Assembly (NCBI GenBank): GCA_044343545.1
Contig: JAWBZR010000002.1
Span: forward strand, 3,522 to 67,521
Length of the DNA: 64,000 bases
Source of the DNA: Candidatus Aenigmatarchaeota archaeon
Lineage (GTDB): Archaea; Aenigmatarchaeota; Aenigmatarchaeia; CG10238-14
Direction of reading: 5' to 3'
Shown: positions 47,841-56,832 of the stretch, one piece after another
How positions within the stretch are numbered: position 1 is the stretch's first letter
Layout of the letters: every line of letters starts with the position of its first letter
Position numbers and translations under genes: made by a program
Notes under the pieces: generated by a model
What the model was told of the DNA's origin: nothing
Databases searched by the model: none
What the model saw: only the letters and a program-made list of their open reading frames with translations

Positions 47841-49709
47841 CTATCCTATGAAAACAGGTCTTTTTGAAAGCATCATAGGTAATGTTAATTCTTTAAATGG
47901 TTTTCCTTTTGTCGCTTCTTTTATTTCGCTTATCAAGCTTTCAAGGCTCATTTTTTCTTCAAAACTTTTAACACCTCTCTTTCTCACATTAAATATTCCG
48001 CTCTCTCTTTCTTTCTTGCCTATGACAAGAATGTATGGAACCCATTCAATTTCCGCATCTCTTATTTTCTTTTCTATTCTTTCGTTTCTATCATCTATAT
48101 CCACTCTTATGCTATTTTCTTCAAATTTTTTGGCAAGTTCTTTACAATATTCTATATAATCATCGTTTATAGGACACAATCTTACTTGAGTTGGACAAAG
48201 CCATAAAGGCAAGCGTGGATTTTCTCCCTTTTGAGAAGCGATATAAGCCTTTTCAAGCATTGCATATAAACATCTTTCTAAACTTCCGGATGGAGAACAG
48301 TGTAAGATGTACGGATGTTTCTTCTTTCCATCTTCATCAACGTATTCTATTCCAAATCTTTTAGCATTTTCATGATCTATTTGAACTGTCGTGAGAGCAG
48401 ATGCTTTGTTCATGGAATCTATGAAGTTGAATTCAAATTTTGGATCAAAATATGCGTATCTAAAATTCCACATTTCTATAAGCACTGGTTTATTCACAAG
48501 CTTTACTAATGAAATTATGAAATCTTTGTTTTCTTTCCAAAAATCTTTTGTAAATCTAATGGCAACTTCAAAATCGTCTATGGAAAATTCTATATCTTTC
48601 AATGTTTCGATTCCCAACTTGAATTGATTGTAAAATTCTTGTTTGGCTGTGTCTAAATCTTTGCAGAGTGTATGCATATCAGGCATAGTGAATGCTCTTA
48701 ATCTTCTCAAACCAACAAGCTCTCCTGATTTTTCAAGTCTAAAAGAATATCTCGTTAGCTCGAAAAATTTAAGTGGCAAATCTTTGTGAGAGATATTAGA
48801 TGCTGCTAATGTCAAGAATTGTCCGAAGCAAGCTGCAAATCTGAGGAAAAACTTTCTTTTCGCAGATTCAAGTGTATATTGTCTCGCAGGAAATCTATTT
48901 AGATATTCTTTCAATGCAGGATGCTCATAATCATACATTATTGGTGTTTCTACTTCCATAGCACCATACTTTATTACTTTTTGTGTAATCCACATTTCCA
49001 TGAGACTTTTTATTAATCTTCCTTTGGGTAAAAATCTGAAATTTCCAGGGTCAGAACCTGGCTCGTAATCTACAAGTTCCAAAGATTTCATTATCTTTAC
49101 ATGAGGCGGTATGATAGAAACACCTCTAACTTTGGCATACTCATATTCAAAGAATTTTTTTAGATTTTCATGATCTTTATAATCAAATTCTTTTGCATCT
49201 ATCAGTTCGCCTTTTGGTGTCAATATATACCATTCAGATTTCACCTTTTCCTCCTGCTGTAAAGCTTGTGAAATTTCTTCTTTAACTTCTTTAACTTCCT
49301 CCGCTGTAAAAACTTTTAGTTGCTCTGCTAAGGGATGTGCCTTTATTTTTAATTGAAATTGCTTGTTCCATCCAAAAGGTGCTCTGTAAACTTCCAGACC
49401 CTCTTTCTTTGCAAAATCTTCCATTTTTCTTATTATTTCAAGAGCCTCTGAAGGTTTAGCTAAATTTGAACTTAGATGCGCATAAGGGTATATCAAAATT
49501 TTGTTCACTTTTATTGTTTTTAAAGATTCGTTTATTTGCTTTATCGCATGCTTAGCTAAAGATTCATTATCACCTTCTTCTACGGCAACAAAAAGAACTA
49601 CAACATCTTCAATTCTCACTAATTTTTTTTCTATCTTTTCTGCGATAGCTATTTCTCTTTCTATAGGCAAGTATTCTATGAAATCTACGTGTTGTTGCAA
49701 TATTCTCAT
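47841..49709 (-). CDS. thrS: Threonyl-tRNA synthetase (archaeal type with N-terminal editing domain)
   Basis: Class II core (…HCSPSGSLERCLYAMLE…) and archaeal-specific N-terminal domain. 622 aa. Confidence 0.9.
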   Translation of the reverse strand: MRILQQHVDFIEYLPIEREIAIAEKIEKKLVRIEDVVVLFVAVEEGDNESLAKHAIKQINESLKTIKVNKILIYPYAHLSSNLAKPSEALEIIRKMEDFAKKEGLEVYRAPFGWNKQFQLKIKAHPLAEQLKVFTAEEVKEVKEEISQALQQEEKVKSEWYILTPKGELIDAKEFDYKDHENLKKFFEYEYAKVRGVSIIPPHVKIMKSLELVDYEPGSDPGNFRFLPKGRLIKSLMEMWITQKVIKYGAMEVETPIMYDYEHPALKEYLNRFPARQYTLESAKRKFFLRFAACFGQFLTLAASNISHKDLPLKFFELTRYSFRLEKSGELVGLRRLRAFTMPDMHTLCKDLDTAKQEFYNQFKLGIETLKDIEFSIDDFEVAIRFTKDFWKENKDFIISLVKLVNKPVLIEMWNFRYAYFDPKFEFNFIDSMNKASALTTVQIDHENAKRFGIEYVDEDGKKKHPYILHCSPSGSLERCLYAMLEKAYIASQKGENPRLPLWLCPTQVRLCPINDDYIEYCKELAKKFEENSIRVDIDDRNERIEKKIRDAEIEWVPYILVIGKKERESGIFNVRKRGVKSFEEKMSLESLISEIKEATKGKPFKELTLPMMLSKRPVFIG

Positions 49710-50029
49710 AAACTCCCCTCATTATTTTTTATTTCAATAGATTTAAATTTCATACTAAATGCCATTTTTTGCAAAAACATCTTTTCTAAAAAATTTTGTC
49801 TCCCAAGACCCTTTTTTGAAATAACAACTTTTACGCCAAAATCTTTTATCCATTCATGTTTCGAATAAAGCTTTTCAGGTAAACTAATTAATCTTAACTG
49901 GGGGCATTTGTTTAGAATTTCTTTTAATAGTTTTTTACTTGCAAATTTTCTTAAATGAACTATTCGAGTTTCTTTGTTAAGTTTTGAAATATCAGAATAG
50001 CTAGAAATAGAGACTTGTTTGGCATTCAC
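49706..50029 (-). CDS. Hypothetical protein immediately upstream of and overlapping thrS
   Basis: 107-aa ORF with a 4-nt overlap with the thrS start. Confidence 0.3.
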   Translation of the reverse strand: MNAKQVSISSYSDISKLNKETRIVHLRKFASKKLLKEILNKCPQLRLISLPEKLYSKHEWIKDFGVKVVISKKGLGRQNFLEKMFLQKMAFSMKFKSIEIKNNEGSL

Positions 50030-50114
50030 CTTGTCCGTTTATCACCCATACTCTCCACTAATAATTTTTTCAGTTGAATATTTTTAAGTTTTTTGTAATG
50101 CCGTTTTTTATGCT

Positions 50115-50576
50115 TTATATGAAAAAGCTAAACCAATACCATGATAGAGTTGCTATACCACCCACTGTGATGATGAGCGAGCTCATTAGTTTTCTAAAAT
50201 CAATTTCTTTTATGGAAATTTCGACGCCTGCTGAATAAAGAGAAAGCCACACCCACCAATAAATGAGAAAATTAACTACGCTATTCACGAAACCATATTT
50301 CGAGGCAAAAAAGATAGATGATATTATTGAAACAAAAAAGCCTGATATCATAACCATTGAATGATTTTCCACGTTTTCTTCTGTCGTGAGTATTCCTTCA
50401 ATGAGCGAAATTTCTGTTAATAGCGCGAAGAAAGAATAAATGTAATTTTGAGGGGACCATAAAAATATCATCAAGGCCAAGACTAGCGGCAAAAACAAAA
50501 ATACAAAACCAGTTATTTGTATGAATAATTCGCGCCAATTTATTTTATGAAACATATTAAACAGAATTGGTGCCAA
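50115..50576 (-). CDS. Integral membrane protein (4-5 TM)
   Basis: Hydrophobic, Trp/Phe-rich 153-aa ORF. Confidence 0.35.
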   Translation of the reverse strand: MAPILFNMFHKINWRELFIQITGFVFLFLPLVLALMIFLWSPQNYIYSFFALLTEISLIEGILTTEENVENHSMVMISGFFVSIISSIFFASKYGFVNSVVNFLIYWWVWLSLYSAGVEISIKEIDFRKLMSSLIITVGGIATLSWYWFSFFI

Positions 50577-50643
50577 TAATTATAAAATTATGTTTTTTGT
50601 GTGAAGAAAATATTTATAGCAAAAAAATGAAATTAATGAATTT

Positions 50644-50958
50644 ATGAACGTACAATTTGTAGGTTTTGACAAGTTTTCTTCCGAAATAAAAGATGATGTA
50701 AAAAAACAGTGTGATAGGCTTTTAGATAAATGCAAGAGGATTTTTGATGAAAAACATATAAAAACTCTAAAACTTTCGGTAGATAAGCTGAGAAAAAGAG
50801 GAGATCATACATTATTTGAGGTTAAGTGTTATCTTGAAGCGGGGAACAACTTGTTTTATGCTTCACATAGTGATTGGAATATATTGGATGCAGTAGAAAG
50901 GGTAGTTGAAGATATTTTGAAGCAAGTTATAAAGAAAAAGGAGATGCACGAAAGATGA
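50644..50958 (+). CDS. Ribosome hibernation factor-like protein (HPF/RaiA/YfiA, S30AE family)
   Basis: Aligns position by position with bacterial HPF: MNVQFVGFDKF.SEIKDDVKKQCDRLLDK.KRIFDEK.IKTLKLSV...TLFEVKCYLEAGNNLFYASHSDWNILDAVERVVEDILKQVIKKKE versus MQLNITGNNVEITEALREFV..KFAKLEQYFDRI..VYVVLKVEK...[40 protein letters not shown]. Confidence 0.5.
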   Translation: MNVQFVGFDKFSSEIKDDVKKQCDRLLDKCKRIFDEKHIKTLKLSVDKLRKRGDHTLFEVKCYLEAGNNLFYASHSDWNILDAVERVVEDILKQVIKKKEMHER

Positions 50959-50995
50959 ATTTTTAAAATTTCACAAAAATCTTATATTTATTAAT

Positions 50996-51086
50996 AGCCC
51001 CGTCGTCTAGATGGCTTTGCCAGGATAACGGTCAAGGATAGCGGGCTTTGGACCCGTTGACAGCGGTTCGAATCCGCTCGGGGCTA
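50996..51086 (+). tRNA. tRNA-Gln (anticodon UUG) with an insertion (intron) of about 19 nt in the D-arm
   Basis: AGCCCCG TC GTCT AGATGGCTTTGCCAGGATAACGGTCAA GGAT A GCGGG CTTTGGA CCCGT TGAC AGCGG TTCGAAT CCGCT CGGGGCT A. The A1:U72 pair and 3' half match archaeal tRNA-Gln. The 5' half is 19 nt too long. Confidence 0.7.
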
Positions 51087-51121
51087 TAAAATCAAATAGA
51101 TTAATATTTACTCTATTTTTT

Positions 51122-51754
51122 ATGCAATTAAGGCAAGTGTATGATGAAATTGCAGATAGTTGGAGTAATTTTAGAACAAAACCCAAAAAATCCATACCTT
51201 TTGATAGAATAAGAGGTTTTGTGCTGGATGTTGGCTGTGGCAATGCAAGAAACATGATACCTTTGCTTAAGAAAGGAGTAAAATGCGTTGGAATAGATTT
51301 TTCAAAAAATATGATAAAAAACGCTTTGAAGTTGTGTGAAAAGCATGAAGTAGAAGCAGATTTTGTATTAGCAGACATGCTTCATCTTCCTTTCAAGAAA
51401 AAAGTGTTTGACGTGTGTTTATGCATATCAACCCTTCATCATTTGGATGATAGGTTGAAAAGAATAAAAGCTTTAAAGGAAATCAAGAGGGTTTGCAAGA
51501 AAGACATCTACATATTGGTGTGGTACAGATGGCAAATCTTTCACATAAAACATTTATTAAAAAATTTCATGCATTTCGGAGACGTATATGTAGAATGGAG
51601 AAAAAGAAACAAGATATTATATCGATACTATCATCTTTATACGAAGCACGAGCTAGAAAGAGATTTAAGTTTGGCTAGGTTAAAATTAATAGAAATTAAA
51701 ATAACTAAAGAAAATAAAAAAAAGGATTTGTTTGCATATTGCACGGTGGTTTAG
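51122..51754 (+). CDS. Class I SAM-dependent methyltransferase
   Basis: Motif I VLDVGCGNARN, motif post-I GIDFS, DMLHLPF. 210 aa. Confidence 0.6.
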   Translation: MQLRQVYDEIADSWSNFRTKPKKSIPFDRIRGFVLDVGCGNARNMIPLLKKGVKCVGIDFSKNMIKNALKLCEKHEVEADFVLADMLHLPFKKKVFDVCLCISTLHHLDDRLKRIKALKEIKRVCKKDIYILVWYRWQIFHIKHLLKNFMHFGDVYVEWRKRNKILYRYYHLYTKHELERDLSLARLKLIEIKITKENKKKDLFAYCTVV

Positions 51755-52669
51755 GTGAAGTCATGTAGCAATTGTAAAAACAAAGCCATTTACTTTAGAA
51801 TGAATGAAGGTAGATATTATTGCAAAAAATGTTTTTCTAAAAACATTGAAGATAGAGTGAAAAGAGTCATAAGAAATTTCAATTTAGTTGATAATGGAGA
51901 TAATATAGCTGTAGCCCTTTCTGGAGGAAAAGATTCGTCAAACACTCTCTATATTCTTAAAAAAATATTTGAAAAAAATCCTAAAATCAGAATTTTTGCC
52001 ATAATTGTTGATGAAGGTTTTCATTTTAGAAAAGAAGCTATAAAAAAATCTAAAAAACTTTGCGAAGAGATTGGTGTAGAGTATTACATATTTTATTTCA
52101 AGAAAGAGGTTGGGAAAACTATGGATAGTATTGGTAGAAAATTTAAAGATAAAAACATGTGCAGTTATTGCGGTGTTCTTAGAAGGTACTTGATTAATAA
52201 AAAGGCAAGAGAATTAAAGGCAAATAAAATAGCTTTAGGACATAACTTGGATGATGAGGTACAAAGCATAATAATGAATATTTTCAAGGGAGATTTTCTT
52301 CGAATGGCAAGGTTTGATTTTATGCCAAAAATAAGAGAAAATACAAAATTTGTACCACGGATAAAACCGCTTGCTATGATACCGGAGAAGGAGTCTGCTA
52401 TTTATGCTATAACCAACAATTTGCCCATTTCCCTTTCTCATTGCCCATATGCAGCTCACAATCACTTGAGAATGGAAGTAAAGTATTTTTTGAATAAACT
52501 TGAGTTCGAATCTCCAGGAATAAAATATTCTATATTCAACAGTGGAAGAAAGCTTGCTAAAATATTGAAGGAAAATATGAAGATAGGGGAGATAAATAAC
52601 TGCAAGATTTGTGGAGAACCTAGCTCAGAAAGTGTGTGTCAAGCATGCAAGATTATTGAGAAATTATAG
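51755..52669 (+). CDS. ncsA: PP-loop ATPase of the NcsA/Ncs6/TtuA family (tRNA thiolation) with N- and C-terminal Zn-ribbons
   Basis: PP-loop ALSGGKDSS, CSNC...CKKC N-terminal and CKIC...CQAC C-terminal Zn fingers. 304 aa. Confidence 0.7.
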   Translation: MKSCSNCKNKAIYFRMNEGRYYCKKCFSKNIEDRVKRVIRNFNLVDNGDNIAVALSGGKDSSNTLYILKKIFEKNPKIRIFAIIVDEGFHFRKEAIKKSKKLCEEIGVEYYIFYFKKEVGKTMDSIGRKFKDKNMCSYCGVLRRYLINKKARELKANKIALGHNLDDEVQSIIMNIFKGDFLRMARFDFMPKIRENTKFVPRIKPLAMIPEKESAIYAITNNLPISLSHCPYAAHNHLRMEVKYFLNKLEFESPGIKYSIFNSGRKLAKILKENMKIGEINNCKICGEPSSESVCQACKIIEKL

Positions 52670-52759
52670 AATCATCATATAAATCCTTCAAGAGGCTTGA
52701 AAAGATCCTGTTTGACAAATTAAAATCTTTATTATACTCAAGCATTTTTGCCAAGAAAA

Positions 52760-52930
52760 TCACCCTTTTTTATAATTATTTTCAATTTCCGCTATCTTTT
52801 CTTGCAAAAAAGCTATCCTATCTTGCCAATATTTGACCTGCCTCAAGTTTTTTGCTTTGAATAGTTGAGCCTTTGCATTAAACAATTCTTCTCTATAAAA
52901 CCTCAATCTAAGCAGGTCTCGTTTGTTCAT
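52760..52930 (-). CDS. Possible small coiled-coil protein (56 aa)
   Basis: MNKRDLLRLRFYREELFNAKAQLFKAKNLRQVKYWQDRIAFLQEKIAEIENNYKKG. No homology recognised. Confidence 0.2.
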   Translation of the reverse strand: MNKRDLLRLRFYREELFNAKAQLFKAKNLRQVKYWQDRIAFLQEKIAEIENNYKKG

Positions 52931-53032
52931 TTCAAATCACTATATTACTTTTTAGTGGTTCTTATATATAAATGTTACTACTATAAAATAGAAATATTAT
53001 TTTATAGATATTGAAGTAGATAAATTTCAATT

Positions 53033-54607
53033 ATGATTACAGAGAGAGAGTTTGCCAAAATTTTTCTGAAAGAGTTTAGAGCAAGGAAGCCGAAAACAAA
53101 AGAAGAAGTGATCAAGCTTAAAAGAGAATTGGCGGCAAAGTTTGGCATAGAAGAACCGACAAATCCAGATATACTGAAGTATGCAAGCGATGCATTTATA
53201 GAAAAGTACAGATCTCTTTTTGAAATAAAACCGACGAGAACCATATCCGGCGTGGCTACTATTACGGTTGCTTGTAAGCCAGCTTATTGTGGCGGTAACT
53301 GCAGTTATCGTCCTCCTTTAAGCAAGTTTGTGCCCAAGAGCTATTCTGCAAATGAACCAGCTATACAGAGAGCTATAAGAAACAAGTTTGACCCTTATAG
53401 ACAGGTGAGAGATAGATTGAGCCAATATAAAATAATGGGTCATCCCACGGACAAGATAGAAATCATAGTTTTGGGCGGAACCTTTTTGGCAACAGAAAAG
53501 GAATATCAGCATAAATTTATTAAGGGAATTTTTGACGGATTAAACGGAAAGAGAGCTTCCACTTTGGAAGAAGCAAAAAGGATCAACGAAACAGCAAGAC
53601 ATAGATGTGTAGGTTTAACGATAGAGACAAGGCCAGACTATTGTTTCGAGGAGCATGTCGATGCTTTATTGGAGTATGGCTGCACGAGAATAGAGTTGGG
53701 AATGCAATCGATATATAATGACGTCTTGGATAGAGTTAATAGAGGTCATCATGTTGAAGAAACTATAAGAGCTATACAAATTGCAAAGGATTCTGCTTTT
53801 AAGATCATATCTCATGTGATGCCATTCTTGCCTGGCTCAAGTGTTGAGAGGGATATAGATATGTTTAGGGAAATTTTTAGAAGTGAAGATTTGCAAGTAG
53901 ACGAATTCAAGATATATCCTTGCGTTGTTGTTGAAGGAACAAAACTCTACGAGGAATGGAAGCAAGGAAAATATACTCCACCAACTTTGGAAGAAGCAGT
54001 CAAAGTTATTGTTGAAATGAAAAAAATGGCACCTCCTTGGGTGAGGTTCAGGAGAATTTTTAGAGATATTCCGGCAAACGAAATTGTTGCTGGTGTGAAG
54101 AAAAGTAACTTAAGAGAAATAGCGATAGAAAGGTTAAAGAAAGAGGGTTTGTGGTGTAGGTGCACCCGTTGTAGAGAGCCAGGGCATGCAAAGAAAATTT
54201 ACTGGAGAGAAGTAGATAAAAGTCATATAAAGCTTGTCAGGAGAGATTATAGAGCATCGGGCGGAGATGAAATATTTCTTTCGTTTGAAGATGTCAAGAA
54301 TGATGTGCTTGTAGCTTTACTACGGCTAAGAATACCATATAAGCCGCATAGAAGAGAAATAGATGATAAGACAGCGTTGATAAGAGAGATTCATACCTAT
54401 GGAAAAATGGTGCCTATAGATAAAGATGATTCGAATAGCTGGCAACATAAAGGTTTTGGCTCATTGTTGCTTGAAGAAGCAGAAAGAATTGCTAAGGAAG
54501 ATTTTGACAAGAAAAAAATGATAGCTATATCGGGAGTTGGAGTAAAGAGTTGGTTTATGAAGCATGGATATAAGTATGAAGGACCTTATATGAGCAAATT
54601 TATTTAA
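53033..54607 (+). CDS. elp3: Elp3 homolog (radical SAM + GNAT, tRNA U34 carboxymethylation)
   Basis: ...KPTRTISGVATITVACKPAYCGGNCSY..., radical SAM core, C-terminal GNAT (QHKGFGSLLLEEAERIA). 524 aa. Confidence 0.85.
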   Translation: MITEREFAKIFLKEFRARKPKTKEEVIKLKRELAAKFGIEEPTNPDILKYASDAFIEKYRSLFEIKPTRTISGVATITVACKPAYCGGNCSYRPPLSKFVPKSYSANEPAIQRAIRNKFDPYRQVRDRLSQYKIMGHPTDKIEIIVLGGTFLATEKEYQHKFIKGIFDGLNGKRASTLEEAKRINETARHRCVGLTIETRPDYCFEEHVDALLEYGCTRIELGMQSIYNDVLDRVNRGHHVEETIRAIQIAKDSAFKIISHVMPFLPGSSVERDIDMFREIFRSEDLQVDEFKIYPCVVVEGTKLYEEWKQGKYTPPTLEEAVKVIVEMKKMAPPWVRFRRIFRDIPANEIVAGVKKSNLREIAIERLKKEGLWCRCTRCREPGHAKKIYWREVDKSHIKLVRRDYRASGGDEIFLSFEDVKNDVLVALLRLRIPYKPHRREIDDKTALIREIHTYGKMVPIDKDDSNSWQHKGFGSLLLEEAERIAKEDFDKKKMIAISGVGVKSWFMKHGYKYEGPYMSKFI

Positions 54608-55400
54608 GATATGGGGGGTGGGGTATACGATGAGTTGATCGTGTGAGATATTCTAAATTATAAGTTTCATAGGCATATAACCAAAAATGAGTACCTTTTT
54701 TTGTTTGATTTAATAGCATATTCCTTGTTTTTCTAAGACGATCTAAAGGTATTCCATATTCCAAAACTGCCTCTCTCAATGCTTCTCTAGATACATAAGC
54801 TAACTTCTCAGGATCTTCTCCTCTGTCATTTATCACCTTTGCTACCCTTTCAGCCCTTTCTTTCGTTGCTGCATATGGATGCAACATAGTTATGTAGTAT
54901 ACTCCTAGGTGTGGAGCAGGTACGCGTAGACCATTTGAAACTATTACATCAAATCTTTCCTCAAAATCAATATCAATTACGTCTACCCTTCCTTCAAAAA
55001 CACAAAGTGGTACACGACCTAAATATGTTCCAGCATCATATAGACAAAAATCACCATTATATACATGAAATGAAGGGTTTCTTTCTAGCTTTCTTATTCT
55101 ATTAACACCTAAAATAACACCTTCATATCTATTTGTTCTTTCAAGGAAAGTTCCATTATTGCTAACAACGATTCTTTGAACCTCTCCAACACAACCACAA
55201 GCAACGACAATATCCAAATCATTTGGTTCATAATTTAAATTTTTAGACAAATAAAGTAAAAGAAATGATCCTACAATTCTCACTCTATCATATCCTAATT
55301 CATTTAATAAAAATTTAACCGCCTTTTCACCAACATCCTTTCTCATAAAATAGTGATTTAAAAAATAGTTTTTTAAAAATTTATGTTTTCGTTTTGCCAA
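54600..55400 (-). CDS. Nucleotidyltransferase-fold protein (GS...DxD), function unknown. Likely true start at Met19 (about 55346).
   Basis: IVGSFLLLYLSKNLNYEPNDLDIVV NTase motif. Arg-rich and locally GC-elevated unlike its neighbours. 266 aa. Confidence 0.45.
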   Translation of the reverse strand: MAKRKHKFLKNYFLNHYFMRKDVGEKAVKFLLNELGYDRVRIVGSFLLLYLSKNLNYEPNDLDIVVACGCVGEVQRIVVSNNGTFLERTNRYEGVILGVNRIRKLERNPSFHVYNGDFCLYDAGTYLGRVPLCVFEGRVDVIDIDFEERFDVIVSNGLRVPAPHLGVYYITMLHPYAATKERAERVAKVINDRGEDPEKLAYVSREALREAVLEYGIPLDRLRKTRNMLLNQTKKGTHFWLYAYETYNLEYLTRSTHRIPHPPYLK

Positions 55401-55410
55401 AATTTATTTT

Positions 55411-56832
55411 ATGAAATATGACAAAATTCTAAAAGAGGTTTTAAAAAAAATCACGCCTAAATCAAAAGAAGAAAAAAAAATCAAGTCACTGAGTAAAAAA
55501 ATACTTGAAACAGCAAATCATCTTTCATTTTTCTACGGAGCTAAGGCTATTTTAGCCGGTTCATTAACAAGAAATACATGGTTGCCAAATAAAAATGAAA
55601 TAGATGTTTTTATCCTCTTCCCGAAAAATTTGAGCATAAAACATTTAGAGGAAAATGGTTTGGAAGTTGGCAAAAAAATAGTAGAAGAATTAGGTGGCAA
55701 GTGGACAATAGAATATGCGCAACACCCTTACATAAGAGGAACAATAAATGGCATAAACATCGACATCGTTCCTTGTTACAAATTAGAAAAAGGAGAAAAA
55801 ATAATATCTGCTGTTGATAGAACGCAATTTCATGTAGAATACTTGGAAAATAAGATATCTAAAAAATTAAGTAGCGAGGTTAGACTGTTAAAACAATTTT
55901 TGAAAGCTAATGGCTTGTATGGCGCTGATGCAAAAACAAATGGCTTTTCCGGATATTTATGCGAGTTGTTGATAATTCATTACAAGAATTTTTTGAATTT
56001 TCTTGAAGCAGCAAAAAATTGGAGAGTAAAAGAAATAATAGACATAGAAAATCAATGGAAAAAAGAAGAGTACAATCATTTGAAGAAAAAGTTTAAGGAT
56101 GAAGTTTTGATAGTGATAGATCCTGTAGACAAGGAAAGAAACGTTGCTTCGGCGGTTAGCGCTTATAACTTTTTCAAACTGAAAAAATTAGCAAGAGAAT
56201 TTTTGGAAAATCCAAGTGAAAGTTTCTTTTTTGAAAAAGAAATTAAACCTCTTTCTAAAAAAGAATTTGATGAGGTTTTAAAAGAGAGAGGAACTGAAAT
56301 AATAGGTATATTTTTCGAGCCACCAAAGATAGTTCCAGATATATTATGGCCACAATTAAGAAAAGCAACCAAAAGATTAGAAAGCATAATTGAAGAGTAC
56401 GAGTTTTCTGTTTTGAAAAGCGATTGTTGGACTGATGAAAAAAAGATTGCAGTCATTTTATTAGAAATGCAAGTAAGCAATTTACCTAGAATTGATAAAA
56501 TAATTGGCCCATGGGTTTTTGATGAAAAAAACGCGAAAAATTTTGCTGAGAAACACAAAGCTGATGCAATAGCAGGACCATACATAGAAGATAATTGTTG
56601 GGTGGTTGAGGTTAAGAGAAAATGGACATCTGCTAAACTTAAATTAATAGATTCTATAAGTAAAGATAAGGAAATTCTCAAAGCAAAAGGAATACCAAAT
56701 TTTATTGCCGAGCAATTATCAAAAGATTTCAATGTAGTTTCAAACGATGAAATAAAAAATTATTTCAAAAACAAAGAGTTTGCAATATTCATGAGAAAAT
56801 ATTTTGAAAAGGAAAATCTTGCTTTATTTTAG
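55411..56832 (+). CDS. cca: CCA-adding enzyme (archaeal class I tRNA nucleotidyltransferase)
   Basis: GSLTRNTWLPNKNEIDVFILFP class-I NTase head. 473 aa. Confidence 0.7.
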   Translation: MKYDKILKEVLKKITPKSKEEKKIKSLSKKILETANHLSFFYGAKAILAGSLTRNTWLPNKNEIDVFILFPKNLSIKHLEENGLEVGKKIVEELGGKWTIEYAQHPYIRGTINGINIDIVPCYKLEKGEKIISAVDRTQFHVEYLENKISKKLSSEVRLLKQFLKANGLYGADAKTNGFSGYLCELLIIHYKNFLNFLEAAKNWRVKEIIDIENQWKKEEYNHLKKKFKDEVLIVIDPVDKERNVASAVSAYNFFKLKKLAREFLENPSESFFFEKEIKPLSKKEFDEVLKERGTEIIGIFFEPPKIVPDILWPQLRKATKRLESIIEEYEFSVLKSDCWTDEKKIAVILLEMQVSNLPRIDKIIGPWVFDEKNAKNFAEKHKADAIAGPYIEDNCWVVEVKRKWTSAKLKLIDSISKDKEILKAKGIPNFIAEQLSKDFNVVSNDEIKNYFKNKEFAIFMRKYFEKENLALF

